Positions 9,914 through 21,263 of a stretch of DNA of 64,000 bases are shown here, piece after piece (positions within the stretch are counted from its first letter, which is position 1; each line of letters opens with the position of its first letter). Source of the DNA: Gammaproteobacteria bacterium (GTDB taxonomy: Bacteria > Pseudomonadota > Gammaproteobacteria > CAKMZV01); the NCBI GenBank assembly GCA_965219665.1, contig CBDCOD010000024.1, positions 209,633 through 273,632 of the forward strand. The letters run 5' to 3'. The notes below the pieces were generated by a model. It saw only the letters and a program-made list of their open reading frames with translations, ran no database searches and was not told the DNA's origin. Both the position numbers and the translations under genes were made by a program.

Positions 9914-11485
9914 ATGACATCTGCTTCTATATCAACTGCCCCTCAACATATTAAACGTGCTTTAATCAGCGTATCCGATAAAACCAATGTATTACAGCTT
10001 GGTCAAGCACTACAGCGCGCACATATAGAGATTTTATCCACTGGTGGAACGGCTAAACACCTTCGAGAGGCTGGCATACCTGTCACAGACGTCAGCACAT
10101 ACACCGGCTTTCCGGAGATGATGGGTGGGCGCATAAAAACATTGCATCCCAAGATACATGGCGCGATTCTTGCGCGGCGAGATTGTGATGCACAAGCGAT
10201 GCAACAGGCGGGAATCACTGGCATCGATTTGGTTGTGGTCAATTTATACCCCTTCGCACAAGTGGCTGCTCAGCTTGACTGCTCCTTTTCAAATGCTATA
10301 GAGCATATTGACATTGGCGGACCTACTATGGTGCGTGCTGCCGCCAAAAACCATGCGTGGGTCAGTGTCGTAACCGATCCACAGGACTACCCTCTCATAA
10401 TAGAAAACTTGCCTAATGGCATACCACTTGCGACACGGCAAGTATTAGCGCGTAAAGCATTTGCACATACTGCGCACTACGATTTATGTATTGCCAATTG
10501 GTTTGACGCACAAGATGAGACAGAAGCGTTGCCATCGACTATGCGCTTGGATCTTCCTCGCAGTGCATCACTGCGTTATGGTGAAAATCCACATCAAACT
10601 GCTGCCAGTTACCGTATGGAGAACCCACAAGAGGCTAGTGTATTACATGCTCACCAGCATCAAGGCAAGGCGCTGTCTTTCAATAATTTAGTCGATTCGG
10701 ATGCGGCACTAGAATGTATAAAAGCCTTTGCAGAACCATGCTGTGTTATCGTAAAGCATGCTAACCCGTGTGGTGTGGCTTGTGGCGCGAACCTACAGCA
10801 AGCGTATGAGCGTGCCTATCAAGCCGATCCGCAATCTGCTTTTGGAGGTATTATTGCGTTCAACCAATCTGTAGATGCTGCCTTAGCGCAAACTATTATT
10901 GACCGACAGTTTGTAGAAGTTATTATCGCTCCCGACTTTAGCAAAGAGGCTTTGGTCGCTTTGCAAGACAAGCCTAATATTCGCGCACTCTCTTGTACGC
11001 AGCCTTTTGACATAGTTGACATCGATAGTCCGACTATACACAGTGTGTATGGTGGGGTACTATTGCAATCCCGAGACACTGCTTTGACAAACGGTTGGCA
11101 AGTCGTTTCTCAACAGCAGCCAGATGAAGCAACCACAGAAGATTTGCTCTTTGCATGGAGGGTCGCTAAAAGTGTTAAATCTAATGCGATAGTGTATGCC
11201 AGAGATAAGCAGACCATTGGCATTGGTGCAGGGCAGATGAGTAGGGTTTATTCTGCGCGGATTGCTGCAATAAAAGCGCAAGATGAATCTTTAGAGGTAA
11301 AGCAATCGGTAATGGCTTCTGATGCTTTTTTCCCTTTTAGAGATGGCATTGATGCCGCAGCAGAAGTAGGTGTTCGTGCGGTCATTCATCCTGGCGGTTC
11401 TATGCGTGATGCAGAGGTAATTGCAGCCGCTAATGAGCATAAAATGGTGATGGTGTTCACAGGAATGCGTCACTTCAGACATTAA
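9914..11485 (+). CDS. purH: bifunctional AICAR transformylase / IMP cyclohydrolase
   Basis: 523 aa with an MGS-like IMPCH domain ([11 protein letters not shown]...STGGTAKHL) and a C-terminal AICARFT domain. A purH-purD operon arrangement follows. Confidence 0.9.
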   Translation: MTSASISTAPQHIKRALISVSDKTNVLQLGQALQRAHIEILSTGGTAKHLREAGIPVTDVSTYTGFPEMMGGRIKTLHPKIHGAILARRDCDAQAMQQAGITGIDLVVVNLYPFAQVAAQLDCSFSNAIEHIDIGGPTMVRAAAKNHAWVSVVTDPQDYPLIIENLPNGIPLATRQVLARKAFAHTAHYDLCIANWFDAQDETEALPSTMRLDLPRSASLRYGENPHQTAASYRMENPQEASVLHAHQHQGKALSFNNLVDSDAALECIKAFAEPCCVIVKHANPCGVACGANLQQAYERAYQADPQSAFGGIIAFNQSVDAALAQTIIDRQFVEVIIAPDFSKEALVALQDKPNIRALSCTQPFDIVDIDSPTIHSVYGGVLLQSRDTALTNGWQVVSQQQPDEATTEDLLFAWRVAKSVKSNAIVYARDKQTIGIGAGQMSRVYSARIAAIKAQDESLEVKQSVMASDAFFPFRDGIDAAAEVGVRAVIHPGGSMRDAEVIAAANEHKMVMVFTGMRHFRH

Positions 11486-11536
11486 GTAATTGCTAAATGT
11501 TTTACAAAATTGTTAAGACAAGGACATAAATACTCT

Positions 11537-12850
11537 ATGAGCAAAGAAAAATTTTTAATTGTAGGTAGTGGCGGTAGGGAAGCCGCATTTGCGCGCGCAC
11601 TTAGTCAGGAAGTTGAGTTATATGCGGTTACTGGGCACGCTAATCCTACTATTGTAGATTGTGCTGAACGCAGTGGAGGCAAAGTGCTTATTGCTAATCC
11701 CAGCGACCCACAGGTCGTTACGCAGTTTGCTTGTGACAATAACATAGATTATACCTTTGTCAGTGCAGACGATCCTTTGGCTGCAGGTGTGGTGGATGTG
11801 TTGCTGGCCAATGGTCTCAAAGCAGTTGGTGGCACAAAAGCCGCAACGCGCATTGAGTGGGACAAAATATACTCTATTAGCCTAGTCCAGCAAATTTGCC
11901 CCGACAATACGCCATACTACACAGTGCTTAGTGCGAGTGACGATATTGACAAGGCTATACAAAGATTTGCTGACCAATCACTGCAAGTAGTAGTGAAGCC
12001 ACAAGGACTTACTGGTGGCAAAGGCGTCAAAGTTATGCCTGAGCATCTGCCTACCTATGAGGATGCAGCGCTATATGCTAAAGAACTACTACAGGCCAAG
12101 CCAAACGAACAGGTATTGCTAGTTGAAAAACTACAAGGCATTGAGTTTACCATTATGGGGCTAACGGATGGCGAGCACTTGGTGTTAGCACCTGCCAGTT
12201 ATGATTATCCTTTTCGCTATGCAGGTGACACCGGTCCTGGAACTGGCGGTATGGGTTGTTTTACAGACTCTCAAGTAAAATTGCCTTTTATGAGTGATAC
12301 AGACTTAGAGCATTGTCGTCAGGTGATGCAAAAAACAATTGACGAAATGCGTAACCGTGGACTCAATTTTAGTGGTGTGCTCAATGCGGGTTTCTTTCTA
12401 ACACCTGATAAAGGTATTCAGTTTATGGAGTATAACGCACGTTTTGGTGATCCAGAGGGCTTGAATGTGCTGTCTGTTTTGCGTTCGTCGTTTTCTGAGA
12501 TGATTCGCCTGATGTGGAAAAAACAATTGAGTGAGCAGTTAGTCATTTTTGAAAAAAAGGCATCTGTGGTTAAATATTTAGTTGCCGCAGAATACCCACA
12601 GCCTAGTGCAGAAGTTTCGGAATATACCTTAGATGAAGTAGCTCTTGCTGAGGGTGGTATTCAAGTATTTCATAGTGCAGCAGTACGTTTGAGAGGCAAC
12701 ACTTATCAAACGCTGAAAAAATCACGTGCAGTCGCTTTAGGGGCTACTGCTGATACCATAGAGCTGGCAGCAGAAAAAGTGAATGCCGCTATTGCGCAAC
12801 ATGTTGACACCACATTAGAGTATCGTGCTGATATTGGCATTGGCTTCTGA
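11537..12850 (+). CDS. purD: phosphoribosylamine--glycine ligase (ATP-grasp)
   Basis: N-terminus MSKEKFLIVGSGGRE, an ATP-grasp core, and the NARFGDPE motif. It lies immediately downstream of purH. The start was moved to the ATG at 11537 from the ORF-track 11510. Confidence 0.85.
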   Translation: MSKEKFLIVGSGGREAAFARALSQEVELYAVTGHANPTIVDCAERSGGKVLIANPSDPQVVTQFACDNNIDYTFVSADDPLAAGVVDVLLANGLKAVGGTKAATRIEWDKIYSISLVQQICPDNTPYYTVLSASDDIDKAIQRFADQSLQVVVKPQGLTGGKGVKVMPEHLPTYEDAALYAKELLQAKPNEQVLLVEKLQGIEFTIMGLTDGEHLVLAPASYDYPFRYAGDTGPGTGGMGCFTDSQVKLPFMSDTDLEHCRQVMQKTIDEMRNRGLNFSGVLNAGFFLTPDKGIQFMEYNARFGDPEGLNVLSVLRSSFSEMIRLMWKKQLSEQLVIFEKKASVVKYLVAAEYPQPSAEVSEYTLDEVALAEGGIQVFHSAAVRLRGNTYQTLKKSRAVALGATADTIELAAEKVNAAIAQHVDTTLEYRADIGIGF

Positions 12851-12913
12851 ACGATTAACCCATCGTTTTGTTAACGCAGTTGATGGAAATATAGAACAGG
12901 GGTCTGAAGAGAG

Positions 12914-13390
12914 ATGGACCTGACGTTTAGGCAAGTTAACTTACAGAATACTGCGGAGCACGCAATTATCCTCTCCCTCTTGAATGACTTTTCTTTGGAG
13001 TCAGTGTCTAAGTCGTTGTTGCCTGAGGTGTACACGACCTTAATCTCCAATTTACAGCAGCACCCCACCACAGTGGTGTATCTTGCTGAATGCGAAGGAC
13101 AAAGCATTGGAATTGCGGTGTGTTTTATAGGATTTTCTACGTTTGCAAACAAGCCCTTGTTGAATCTGCATGATTTTTATATCTCTGACGCCTTTCAGGG
13201 ACGAGGGGCAGGCAAGCAATTTCTGAACTGGATTGAGCAGGAGGCGAAAGCGCGAGGGTGCTGTAAAGTGACCTTAGAAGTGAGTGCCCACAACACATGG
13301 GCAAAGATACTTTATGAGCGCTCCGGATACCATGGAAGTCAGCAAGAGCCTCCTGAGAACATGATATACGCCCTCTTTAAGTCACTATAG
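12914..13390 (+). CDS. GNAT family N-acetyltransferase
   Basis: 158 aa with acetyl-CoA-binding motif A region FQGRGAGKQFLNWIEQEAKARGC and KVTLEV...N..A..LYERSGY. Confidence 0.7.
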   Translation: MDLTFRQVNLQNTAEHAIILSLLNDFSLESVSKSLLPEVYTTLISNLQQHPTTVVYLAECEGQSIGIAVCFIGFSTFANKPLLNLHDFYISDAFQGRGAGKQFLNWIEQEAKARGCCKVTLEVSAHNTWAKILYERSGYHGSQQEPPENMIYALFKSL

Positions 13391-13591
13391 TGTTTTCACG
13401 CACTTCTTTGGTTCCCGTGAGGGCGAGAACATGGCGCGTGATAGTGCCAAAAACAATAATAAATACACCCTATTTGTCGGTATGGTTAAAGCAGGCGTTT
13501 ATTCGAGACCTTACACACTGCAGGAAAGTGGTGTGGTGGAGTGACGAATATGGGCTATTAAAGTGCAGTGTATCTGGCTTCATGCTTTTAA

Positions 13592-13708
13592 TCCGCTGGA
13601 AAAGCACGATATATAATCGGGCAGTGGCTTCGTTCCTACAATGAACAACGTCCGCATCAAGCATTGGGAGTGAGAATGCCTAATGCAGTTTTTAAATTAG
13701 CAGCTTGA
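13592..13708 (+). mobile_element. remnant of IS3-family transposase (last ~38 codons of the integrase-core C-terminus)
   Basis: The frame reads SAGKARYIIGQWLRSYNEQRPHQALGVRMPNAVFKLAA*, matching the conserved IS3/rve C-terminal signature W..YN..RPH.ALG...P...F. There is no upstream catalytic region. The surrounding 13391-13743 is non-coding or degraded. Confidence 0.5.
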
Positions 13709-13743
13709 GGTGTGCCAAAAATGCTGGGTTATTACAGGATAAA

Positions 13744-14307
13744 TCAATGGTTGGGTTTGAGCCATTCGTGATCGGCTAGACCTAAGAAGGTGTTTTTGAG
13801 CCTAATATAGTTTTCTGCACCATAGCGCAGTTGCCCTATTTCTCGATCACTCAGCGGGCGTGCCTTTACTGCTGGTGACCCTTTATACAAGTAACCACTA
13901 GCTAAGTGTTGATTGGGGGTGACTAATGTAGAAGCGGCTATAAGCACATCATTTTCAACGATTGCACCATCTAAAATTACTGCTCCTATACCGACCAATA
14001 CCCGACTACCCACAGTGCAGCCGTGGAGTATAGCAGAATGCCCGATAGTCACGAGATTACCTATATTCAGAGGGTGTCCTTTGGGGTTGTATTCACTGGT
14101 ATGGGTAATATGTAGGCAAGCATTGTCTTGTACGCTGCACCCGTTGCCCAAGCGAATGCGATGCATATCACCGCGGATGGTGGCATGTGGCCATACTGAG
14201 CAATCATCGCCCAGTATGACATCACCAATTACGGTGGATTGTTCATCAATATATACTCGCTGCCCTAATTGAGGCGTAATACCTTGATACGTTCTTATGG
14301 AATTCAT
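13744..14307 (-). CDS. gamma-class carbonic anhydrase family / hexapeptide-repeat protein (YrdA/PaaY-like)
   Basis: Left-handed beta-helix hexapeptide repeats (IGDVILGDDCSVWPHATIRGD ... VTIGHSAILHGCTVG). The start was chosen at MNSIRTYQG to avoid overlap with tag. Confidence 0.8.
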   Translation of the reverse strand: MNSIRTYQGITPQLGQRVYIDEQSTVIGDVILGDDCSVWPHATIRGDMHRIRLGNGCSVQDNACLHITHTSEYNPKGHPLNIGNLVTIGHSAILHGCTVGSRVLVGIGAVILDGAIVENDVLIAASTLVTPNQHLASGYLYKGSPAVKARPLSDREIGQLRYGAENYIRLKNTFLGLADHEWLKPNH

Positions 14308-14333
14308 AGTCTTTTGGTGTGTGTCGGAGCTGG

Positions 14334-14894
14334 CTATTTGCTGTGGGCATGATAGCATGGGCAAGTACTAATATGGTCGTTGACCATTCCTACTGCTTGC
14401 ATAAAGGCATACATAATAGTGGTGCCTACAAAGGACATGCCTCGTTTTTTTAAGTCTTTGGACAGTGCATCACTAATAGGGGTATTTGCGGGTACTTGTT
14501 GGTGGCCTTCCCAGTCGTTTAATATAGGCTGGTTGTTCACATAGCCCCATAAATACGTGCTTAGCGATCCATATTCTTGCTGAATGGCAAGCACTACCTG
14601 CGCGTTTTTACGTGCTGCTGCTATTTTGAGTCGGTTACGAATAATCTGAGGATTGTGCCGCAATACCTCTAACTGCTCATCGCTCATAGCAGCAACTTTT
14701 GCTATATTAAAGTTATAAAATGCTTCTTTGTAGCCTTGTCGTTTATTGAGTACCGTTTCCCAACTTAGCCCTGCTTGCGCTCCTTCTAATACCAGCATTT
14801 CAAATAAATATTGGTCATCATAACTGGGTACTGCCCATTCCTCATCATGATATTGTGCGTATAGAGCAGAGTTATTTCCAAAGCATCTTTCCAT
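14334..14894 (-). CDS. tag: DNA-3-methyladenine glycosylase I
   Basis: MERCFGNN...YHDEEWAVP...FEMLVLEGAQAGLSW, and a C-terminal zinc site (HISTCPCYH). The start is at MERC, as in E. coli Tag. Confidence 0.85.
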   Translation of the reverse strand: MERCFGNNSALYAQYHDEEWAVPSYDDQYLFEMLVLEGAQAGLSWETVLNKRQGYKEAFYNFNIAKVAAMSDEQLEVLRHNPQIIRNRLKIAAARKNAQVVLAIQQEYGSLSTYLWGYVNNQPILNDWEGHQQVPANTPISDALSKDLKKRGMSFVGTTIMYAFMQAVGMVNDHISTCPCYHAHSK

Positions 14895-14895
14895 A

Positions 14896-16275
14896 TTATC
14901 CCCGCTTCCAGACTGTTCCTTGCTGTGAGTCTTCCAAAATGATGCCCCGCTGTTTGAGGTCATCACGGATACTATCTGCCAGCGCAAAATTGCGTTGTTG
15001 TTTTGCTTGCTGTCTTTGTGCTATGGCTTGTTCAATGGTTGCAGTGTCTATATCATTGGTCGCTCGTTGCCCATGAAACCAATTTTGTGGGCTGCGTTGT
15101 AGTAGCCCAATGCGTTGTCCACACTCTAAGACAGTGGCTCGCCAGCCTGCTCCTTCAGAGCGCGCACGTTTGGCATATTGGCGTAGTAAAGTCAATGCTT
15201 GCGGTGTATTTAAGTCTTTTAATAAGCACTGTTCAAAGTCAGAAACTGCTGATTCAATGGCAGTACCTTTTGCTTCTGAGCTGGTATCTGATAACATCTG
15301 GTAAATGCTGTCTAAACTGGCCTTTGCCTTCTCTAAAGCATTTTGTGACCAGTCCAGCGGTTTACGATAATGTGTGCTTAGTAGTACAAGGCGTAAAACT
15401 TCACCATCAAAATGGGTTAATAGTTCATCCACTGTAAAGATGTTGCCCAAAGACTTAGACATTTTTTCACCACTCAGCGTAACGTAACCGTTATGTACCC
15501 AATAGTTTGCTAATTCATCTTCACCACTGCTGCAGCAGCTTTGAGCGCGTTCATTTTCATGGTGTGGGAATAGTAAATCCTGCCCGCCACCATGGATATC
15601 AATCCGATTGCCTAATAAACTATGTGCCATTGCTGAGCACTCTAAATGCCATCCCGGTCTGCCAAATCCCCATGGGCTATCCCATCCTGGTTGGTTGTCC
15701 GTAGAGGGTTTCCATAGCACAAAATCCAAGGGGTAATTTTTATAGTCAGCAACTTCCACGCGTGCACCAGCCTGCATATCATCTAAAGATCGATTAGAAA
15801 GTTTGCCATAATCTGCCATCTTGCGTACATCAAATAGCACGTGTTCTTGTTGCACATAGGCAAAGCCTTGCGCAGTCAAACGCTCTATCATAGCGATCAT
15901 TTGTGTTATGTACTCGGTGGCGCGCGGCTCTGCATCAGGTTGTAATACATTCAATTCCTGTAAGTTGGAATGATAAGATGCGGTATAGCGTGCTGTAAGG
16001 TCCTCAGTGGTGCAATTTTCATCCTGTGCTTTTAAGATAATCTTGTCATCTATATCTGTGATGTTGCGCACATAAGTTACGTGACTATAGTGCCGTTTTA
16101 GCAAGCGATATAAGGTGTCAAAGACTACTGCAGGACGCGCATTGCCAATATGGATTAGGTTATAAACGGTTGGTCCACATACATACATTTTTATGATGTC
16201 AAGCGCAATGGGCTCAAAACGCTCTACTTGATGCGTTTTGGAATGGTAAAGGTGCAAACAATAGTCAGAATTCAT
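14896..16275 (-). CDS. cysS: cysteine--tRNA ligase
   Basis: HIGH motif (YVCGPTVYNLIHIGNAR), KMSKS motif, and a class I core. The start was taken at MNSDYCL..., which aligns with bacterial CysS; the ORF track has a long 5' extension to 16593. Confidence 0.9.
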   Translation of the reverse strand: MNSDYCLHLYHSKTHQVERFEPIALDIIKMYVCGPTVYNLIHIGNARPAVVFDTLYRLLKRHYSHVTYVRNITDIDDKIILKAQDENCTTEDLTARYTASYHSNLQELNVLQPDAEPRATEYITQMIAMIERLTAQGFAYVQQEHVLFDVRKMADYGKLSNRSLDDMQAGARVEVADYKNYPLDFVLWKPSTDNQPGWDSPWGFGRPGWHLECSAMAHSLLGNRIDIHGGGQDLLFPHHENERAQSCCSSGEDELANYWVHNGYVTLSGEKMSKSLGNIFTVDELLTHFDGEVLRLVLLSTHYRKPLDWSQNALEKAKASLDSIYQMLSDTSSEAKGTAIESAVSDFEQCLLKDLNTPQALTLLRQYAKRARSEGAGWRATVLECGQRIGLLQRSPQNWFHGQRATNDIDTATIEQAIAQRQQAKQQRNFALADSIRDDLKQRGIILEDSQQGTVWKRG

Positions 16276-16471
16276 CACGGTATAATATTGTACCAGTAGC
16301 ACCTGCTCTGTGATGGCGCTTCGCTTACACAGAGATGATGTAAAGACTGCGGGCATACAGAGCTTTTTACTGTATAATGCTGCGCCCTTACTGTAGCAGA
16401 GGTTCAGTGCAATACCCACTGCAGTTATTATTTTAGAAGAAATTGCACGTAATAATGTAGAAGAGGTTTGT

Positions 16472-16669
16472 ATGCCTAAAATTAAGTCTGTCCGCTCGGC
16501 TAAGAAGCGGTTTAAGGCGACTGGTTCAGGTGCTCTGAAACGAGCACAAGCTAATAAGCGCCATATCTTGACCAAAAAAGCCCCGAAACGCAAGCGTCAT
16601 TTGCGTGCGATGACAACTGTGCATGACAGTGATGTTGCAGCAGTTAAAAAAATGAATCCATACACTTAG
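16472..16669 (+). CDS. rpmI: 50S ribosomal protein L35
   Basis: 65 aa, [15 protein letters not shown]... Confidence 0.9.
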   Translation: MPKIKSVRSAKKRFKATGSGALKRAQANKRHILTKKAPKRKRHLRAMTTVHDSDVAAVKKMNPYT

Positions 16670-16678
16670 GAGGCGACT

Positions 16679-17035
16679 ATGGCAAGAGTAAAAAGAGGTG
16701 TTACTGCGCGTAAGGCGCATAAAAAAATCTTAGCGCAAGCTAAGGGTTATTATGGTGCGCGCTCACGCACTTTCAAGGTTGCCAAGCAGGCGGTTATCAA
16801 GGCGGGACAGTATGCTTATCGCGATCGTCGTCAGCGTAAGCGCCAATTCAGAGCATTATGGATTGCACGTATCAATGCAGCAACCCGCGCTAATGGCATG
16901 CGTTATAGCGTGTTTATCAATGGCTTGATGAAGGCAGGTGTTGAGTTGGATCGCAAAGTTTTGGCTGATATTGCTGTACATGATGAGGTCGGTTTTGCTG
17001 CATTAGTTGAAAAGGCAAAGAAAGCACTCGTATAA
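16679..17035 (+). CDS. rplT: 50S ribosomal protein L20
   Basis: 118 aa, [18 protein letters not shown]...; classic rpmI-rplT-pheST context. Confidence 0.9.
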   Translation: MARVKRGVTARKAHKKILAQAKGYYGARSRTFKVAKQAVIKAGQYAYRDRRQRKRQFRALWIARINAATRANGMRYSVFINGLMKAGVELDRKVLADIAVHDEVGFAALVEKAKKALV

Positions 17036-17062
17036 ACGGCTTAATGGCATGATAGATACGTT

Positions 17063-18046
17063 ATGTCCATAGAGGAACAGGCTATTGCTGCTATAGAGGC
17101 AGTAAAAAATTCCGCAGAACTTGAAGAATTGCGCCTAAAGTATTTAGGACGTAAGGGTATCGTTACTGCACAATTAAGCCAGATTGGCTCGCTGCCTGCT
17201 CAAGAACGTAAGCAGGCAGCACAGCAAACCAATCAGTTAAAAAGCACATTACTATCGCTCCTTGCTGAACGCCAAGTGGTGCTGCGTAAGCAAGAGGTTG
17301 CCCAGCAGTTGGTAGCAGAGTCTATTGATGTTACCTTGCCGGGTAGGACACAGCCTTCGGGGGGCTTACATCCGGTAACCAGAATGCTCTCGCGGATTCA
17401 TCAACTTTTTGCACAGGTAGGATTCTCTGTGGTGCATGGTCCAGAAATTGAGGATGATTTTCATAATTTCACTGCATTGAATATTCCAGCTAATCACCCT
17501 GCACGGGCGATGCATGACACTTTCTATTTTGCAGACAAGACATTGTTACGTACCCATACATCACCGGTACAGATTCGCGCATTAGAGCAGCAGGATCCAC
17601 CTGTTCGCATTATTGCACCTGGTCGGGTATATCGTTGTGATTCGGATCAAACGCACACACCTATGTTTCATCAGGTGGAAGGTTTAGTAATTGATAAAAC
17701 AGTAAGTTTTGCAGAACTGAAAAGCATTTTAGTAGATTTTCTTAAGGCGTTATTTGAAGAAGAGGATTTAAAAATTCGGTTTCGCCCATCGTATTTCCCT
17801 TTTACCGAACCTTCGGCAGAGGTTGATATTCAAATGCCGAGCGCTCGAGATGGTAAGTGGTTAGAAGTATTGGGTTGTGGGATGGTACACCCTACAGTGA
17901 TTCGTCACATGAACTTAGACCCAGAGCAGTGGCGCGGCTATGCTTTTGGTTTGGGCGTTGAGCGTTTAGCTATGTTGCGCTATGGAGTCAAAGATTTGAG
18001 AATGTTCTTTGAGAATGATTTGCGGTTTTTGGATCAATTAAAATGA
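17063..18046 (+). CDS. pheS: phenylalanine--tRNA ligase alpha subunit
   Basis: 327 aa with class II motifs ([23 protein letters not shown]). Confidence 0.9.
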   Translation: MSIEEQAIAAIEAVKNSAELEELRLKYLGRKGIVTAQLSQIGSLPAQERKQAAQQTNQLKSTLLSLLAERQVVLRKQEVAQQLVAESIDVTLPGRTQPSGGLHPVTRMLSRIHQLFAQVGFSVVHGPEIEDDFHNFTALNIPANHPARAMHDTFYFADKTLLRTHTSPVQIRALEQQDPPVRIIAPGRVYRCDSDQTHTPMFHQVEGLVIDKTVSFAELKSILVDFLKALFEEEDLKIRFRPSYFPFTEPSAEVDIQMPSARDGKWLEVLGCGMVHPTVIRHMNLDPEQWRGYAFGLGVERLAMLRYGVKDLRMFFENDLRFLDQLK

Positions 18047-20412
18047 AAATCAGTTGGCAGTGGCTTAAACAGTTTGTAATTGCTCCTGTATCAGTTGAAG
18101 AGGCGGCAGAACGTCTAACGCTGCTGGGTTTGGAAGAGGATGGTATAAAGCCAGTTAGTGTAAACTTCTCACAGGTAGTAATTGGACAGATTGTTGATGT
18201 GGCGCCACACCCACAGGCAGATCGCTTGCAGCTGTGTCAAGTTGAGGTTGGCAATAGCGAGCCTTTGGAGATTGTATGTGGTGCTGCCAATGCGCGTGCA
18301 GGGATTAAGGTGGCTTGTGCTTTAGTCGGTGCAAATTTAGGTGGCATACAGATTAAGCAGGTCAAAATGCGCGGTGTAGTGTCCAGTGGGATGTTATGTT
18401 CAGAGCAAGAATTAGGTTTAAGCACTGCCAGTAGCGGGATTATGGAGCTGCCTGGTGATGCGCCTATCGGTGCTTTGATGTATGATTACATGCAGTTAGA
18501 TGATGTGGTTATAGATATTGATTTAACCCCTAATCGCGGTGACTGCTTTAGTGTGTTGGGTGTGGCGCGTGAGTTGGCTGCATTCTATAAAATGCCATTG
18601 ATTTCTCCTTCTAATTGCAGTAATCATACAAGTGCTTTAGAGCATGTGCCAGTGATTGAGGCACAAGACGGCTGTGGGCGTTTTGCCACTTGTGTGGTTG
18701 AAGGGATAGATACTGCTGCACAAACACCGTTATGGATGGTTGAGTCATTGCGCCGTGCAGGGGTGCGCTCACTACATCCGGTTGTCGATGTAACTAATTA
18801 TGTAATGCTAGCTTTGGGGCAGCCGTTGCATGCTTATGATGCTAGTACATTGCGTGGTGCGCTGACAGCTCGCTGGGGGTGTGGAGATCGATTTGAGCTT
18901 ATAGATGGGCGTACGGTTGAGGCAGATGAAGAAGTTTTAGTAATTGCTGACGATAGCGGCGCATTAGGTCTGGCAGGTATTATGGGGGGGGCAGCCAGCG
19001 CAGTGCAACAACACTCCCAATGTGTTGTTTTAGAAGCAGCGTGGTTTCATCCTGATGCTATTGCTGGTAGAGCGCGTCGTTATGGGCTGCATACGGAGGC
19101 TTCTTTGCGTTTTGAGCGAGGTGTGGATTATGCACTGCCTCAGTATGCTTTGGAGTATGCAGCAGCATTGATTACTGAGATAACAGGAGGTACAGCAGGG
19201 CGCATTGTTCAGGTAGATGCCCCATCAACATTGCCTGATCGTGGTGCTGTAGCACTACCCTTGAGTGCTTTAGGTGCCGATTTGGGTATAGAGGGAATAC
19301 CTGCTGGCTTAGATGTATGGTTTGAGGCCAGTGGATTCACAGTAAAGAAAACTGCAGACTGTTGGATGCTTACGCCGCCATCATGGCGTTTTGATATTTG
19401 TATCCCAGAAGACTTGGTTGAGGAAGTGGCTCGTTTTTATGGTTATGACCAGTTACCTCATCAGTATAGCGGTTCAACATTGCGTATTCAAGCAGCGCCA
19501 GAAAAATACCGTAGCAGAGATGCTGTAGCATTGCAATTGGCGCATCAAGGTTATCAGGAAGTGATAACGTATAGTTTTATTGAAGGAGATATCCAGCAAA
19601 AATGGTTTCCAGAACAGCAAGGGATTGCTTTGGAAAACCCAATTTCTCAGGATATGAATGTAATGCGTGTATCTCTGTTGCCGGGTTTAGTACAAACAGT
19701 TGTTTTCAATCAAAATCGCCAGCAAAAGCGTATTGCTATTTTTGAGCAAGGGTTGCGTTTCAGTGCACGAGGTACTGGATTTGATAATATTGCGCAGATT
19801 CCGACTCTGGCTGTAGGGTATTTTGGGTTGTGCGCTCCTAGTCATTGGCAGTTGAAGCAGGATCAGGCAGATTATTATACGGTTAAGGGCGCTATAGAGA
19901 ATTTGTTGCCTCGCAGAGTAGAGTGGAAATCTGATGCACAGCAGCAGTGGGCACATCCATATCGTAGTGCCCGTATTGTGTTAGATGATGTTGTGGTAGG
20001 GTATATTGGTGAGTTGCACCCTGAGTTGATGGATAAATTGGGATTGGCATTGCCAGGGGCTGTAGCAGAATTGAATATGGAAGCTGTTTTAGAGGTGGGA
20101 TTGCCACATTTTGAGACATTTTCAGTGCTGCCTATAATTACGCGTGATACTTCATTTATTGTAGAAAAAAGCATTGAATTTTCTGATTTATTGTCGCATA
20201 TAAATAAAAAACAGTTAGAATGGTTGTCAAAGGTTTGTATTTTAGATGTGTACGAGGGCAGCGGTGTTCCAGAAGGCATGAAGAGTGTGACATTGCATTT
20301 TGTGTGGCAGGCTGTGGAAAAAACACCAACAGATGAGCAAATCGATGACAAAATGCAGCAAGCAATACAAATTTTGCAGGCGGCGTATCCCACAATTGAA
20401 TTGAGAAGATAG
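18043..20412 (+). CDS. pheT: phenylalanine--tRNA ligase beta subunit
   Basis: 789 aa with an N-terminal tRNA-binding domain, B3/B4, B5 and FDX-ACB domains. It overlaps the pheS stop. Confidence 0.9.
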   Translation: MKISWQWLKQFVIAPVSVEEAAERLTLLGLEEDGIKPVSVNFSQVVIGQIVDVAPHPQADRLQLCQVEVGNSEPLEIVCGAANARAGIKVACALVGANLGGIQIKQVKMRGVVSSGMLCSEQELGLSTASSGIMELPGDAPIGALMYDYMQLDDVVIDIDLTPNRGDCFSVLGVARELAAFYKMPLISPSNCSNHTSALEHVPVIEAQDGCGRFATCVVEGIDTAAQTPLWMVESLRRAGVRSLHPVVDVTNYVMLALGQPLHAYDASTLRGALTARWGCGDRFELIDGRTVEADEEVLVIADDSGALGLAGIMGGAASAVQQHSQCVVLEAAWFHPDAIAGRARRYGLHTEASLRFERGVDYALPQYALEYAAALITEITGGTAGRIVQVDAPSTLPDRGAVALPLSALGADLGIEGIPAGLDVWFEASGFTVKKTADCWMLTPPSWRFDICIPEDLVEEVARFYGYDQLPHQYSGSTLRIQAAPEKYRSRDAVALQLAHQGYQEVITYSFIEGDIQQKWFPEQQGIALENPISQDMNVMRVSLLPGLVQTVVFNQNRQQKRIAIFEQGLRFSARGTGFDNIAQIPTLAVGYFGLCAPSHWQLKQDQADYYTVKGAIENLLPRRVEWKSDAQQQWAHPYRSARIVLDDVVVGYIGELHPELMDKLGLALPGAVAELNMEAVLEVGLPHFETFSVLPIITRDTSFIVEKSIEFSDLLSHINKKQLEWLSKVCILDVYEGSGVPEGMKSVTLHFVWQAVEKTPTDEQIDDKMQQAIQILQAAYPTIELRR

Positions 20413-20413
20413 C

Positions 20414-20761
20414 ATGGAAAAGAAACCAAAGCCCAGAACAATTACCCGCATGGATTTAGTGGATTCGTTACGAGCAGGTTTAGGCTTTAATCGCAATGAT
20501 GCGCGCTTGATAGTGGACGGCTTTTTTGATGAAATTGGCGACGCTTTGCAAAGTGGTGAATCAGTCAAAGTTTCTGGATTTGGTGTTTTTAGTCTGCGCC
20601 GTAAGCGCGAGCGTCCAGGTAGAAATCCAAAGACAGGTGAAGAGGTAATGATTAAACCACGTACAGTGGTTCAGTTTCATGCTGGCAATAAATTAAGGTC
20701 TTTAATTAGTGCAGGACAAGCAAGCGAGCGTTCAAGAGATTTTGAACTCATTGCCGAGTAA
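20414..20761 (+). CDS. ihfA: integration host factor subunit alpha
   Basis: 115 aa with the HU/IHF fold (GFGVFSLRRKRERPGRNPKTGEEV) downstream of pheT. Confidence 0.85.
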   Translation: MEKKPKPRTITRMDLVDSLRAGLGFNRNDARLIVDGFFDEIGDALQSGESVKVSGFGVFSLRRKRERPGRNPKTGEEVMIKPRTVVQFHAGNKLRSLISAGQASERSRDFELIAE

Positions 20762-21167
20762 GCAATACTTTAGTATTGGTGAGGCCAGTGAGGTATGCGG
20801 TGTTAAGCCGTATGTTTTGCGCTATTGGGAGAAAGAGTTTTCACAGCTCAATCCGCTAAAACGCAATAAACGGCGCTACTATCAACGCGAGGACATTGAA
20901 ACTGTTCTTGAATTGCGTGATTTACTACATATTAAACGCTTTACGATTAAAGGTGCCCGTGACTTTCTACAGAAGCGCAAATCGCTTTTGGCAAAGCCTG
21001 CATCATCAACTTCATCTACTGAGAAAATTGCAGGGGTAGATGCAGCTCAGGAGATGGTATCACAGACCATACGTTCACGGCAATCTGCCCGAATCGCTAT
21101 GGGAAAAATCATCCGGCGCTTGGATGTGACTGTAGAAAGGCTGCAAACTGTAGTTAATAAAAAATGA
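20709..21167 (+). CDS. MerR-family transcriptional regulator (ihfA-downstream type)
   Basis: HTH FSIGEASEVCGVKPYVLRYWEKEF followed by a coiled coil. The ORF-track start overlaps ihfA by 53 nt, so the true start may be a downstream non-ATG codon. Confidence 0.65.
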   Translation: MQDKQASVQEILNSLPSKQYFSIGEASEVCGVKPYVLRYWEKEFSQLNPLKRNKRRYYQREDIETVLELRDLLHIKRFTIKGARDFLQKRKSLLAKPASSTSSTEKIAGVDAAQEMVSQTIRSRQSARIAMGKIIRRLDVTVERLQTVVNKK

Positions 21168-21263
21168 GCTTAGTTGGCACGTTTCGTTTGATTTCTCAAA
21201 TAGGCTTATAGCCTAATTAAAATATTGCCTGATTAGACCCTCAAGAAGGTACATAAGGTACAG

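Noticed and set aside
13390-13644. ORF 13390..13644 (84 aa) in the GNAT / gamma-CA gap
   Set aside because: No homology signal. It lies in the degraded IS-scar region and in a different frame from the transposase remnant. It is treated as non-coding.
16276-16471. Sigma-70-like TGTATAAT elements upstream of rpmI (16352-16360) and at the cysS start
   Set aside because: The -10 is plausible but there is no convincing -35 element. It is not reported as a feature.
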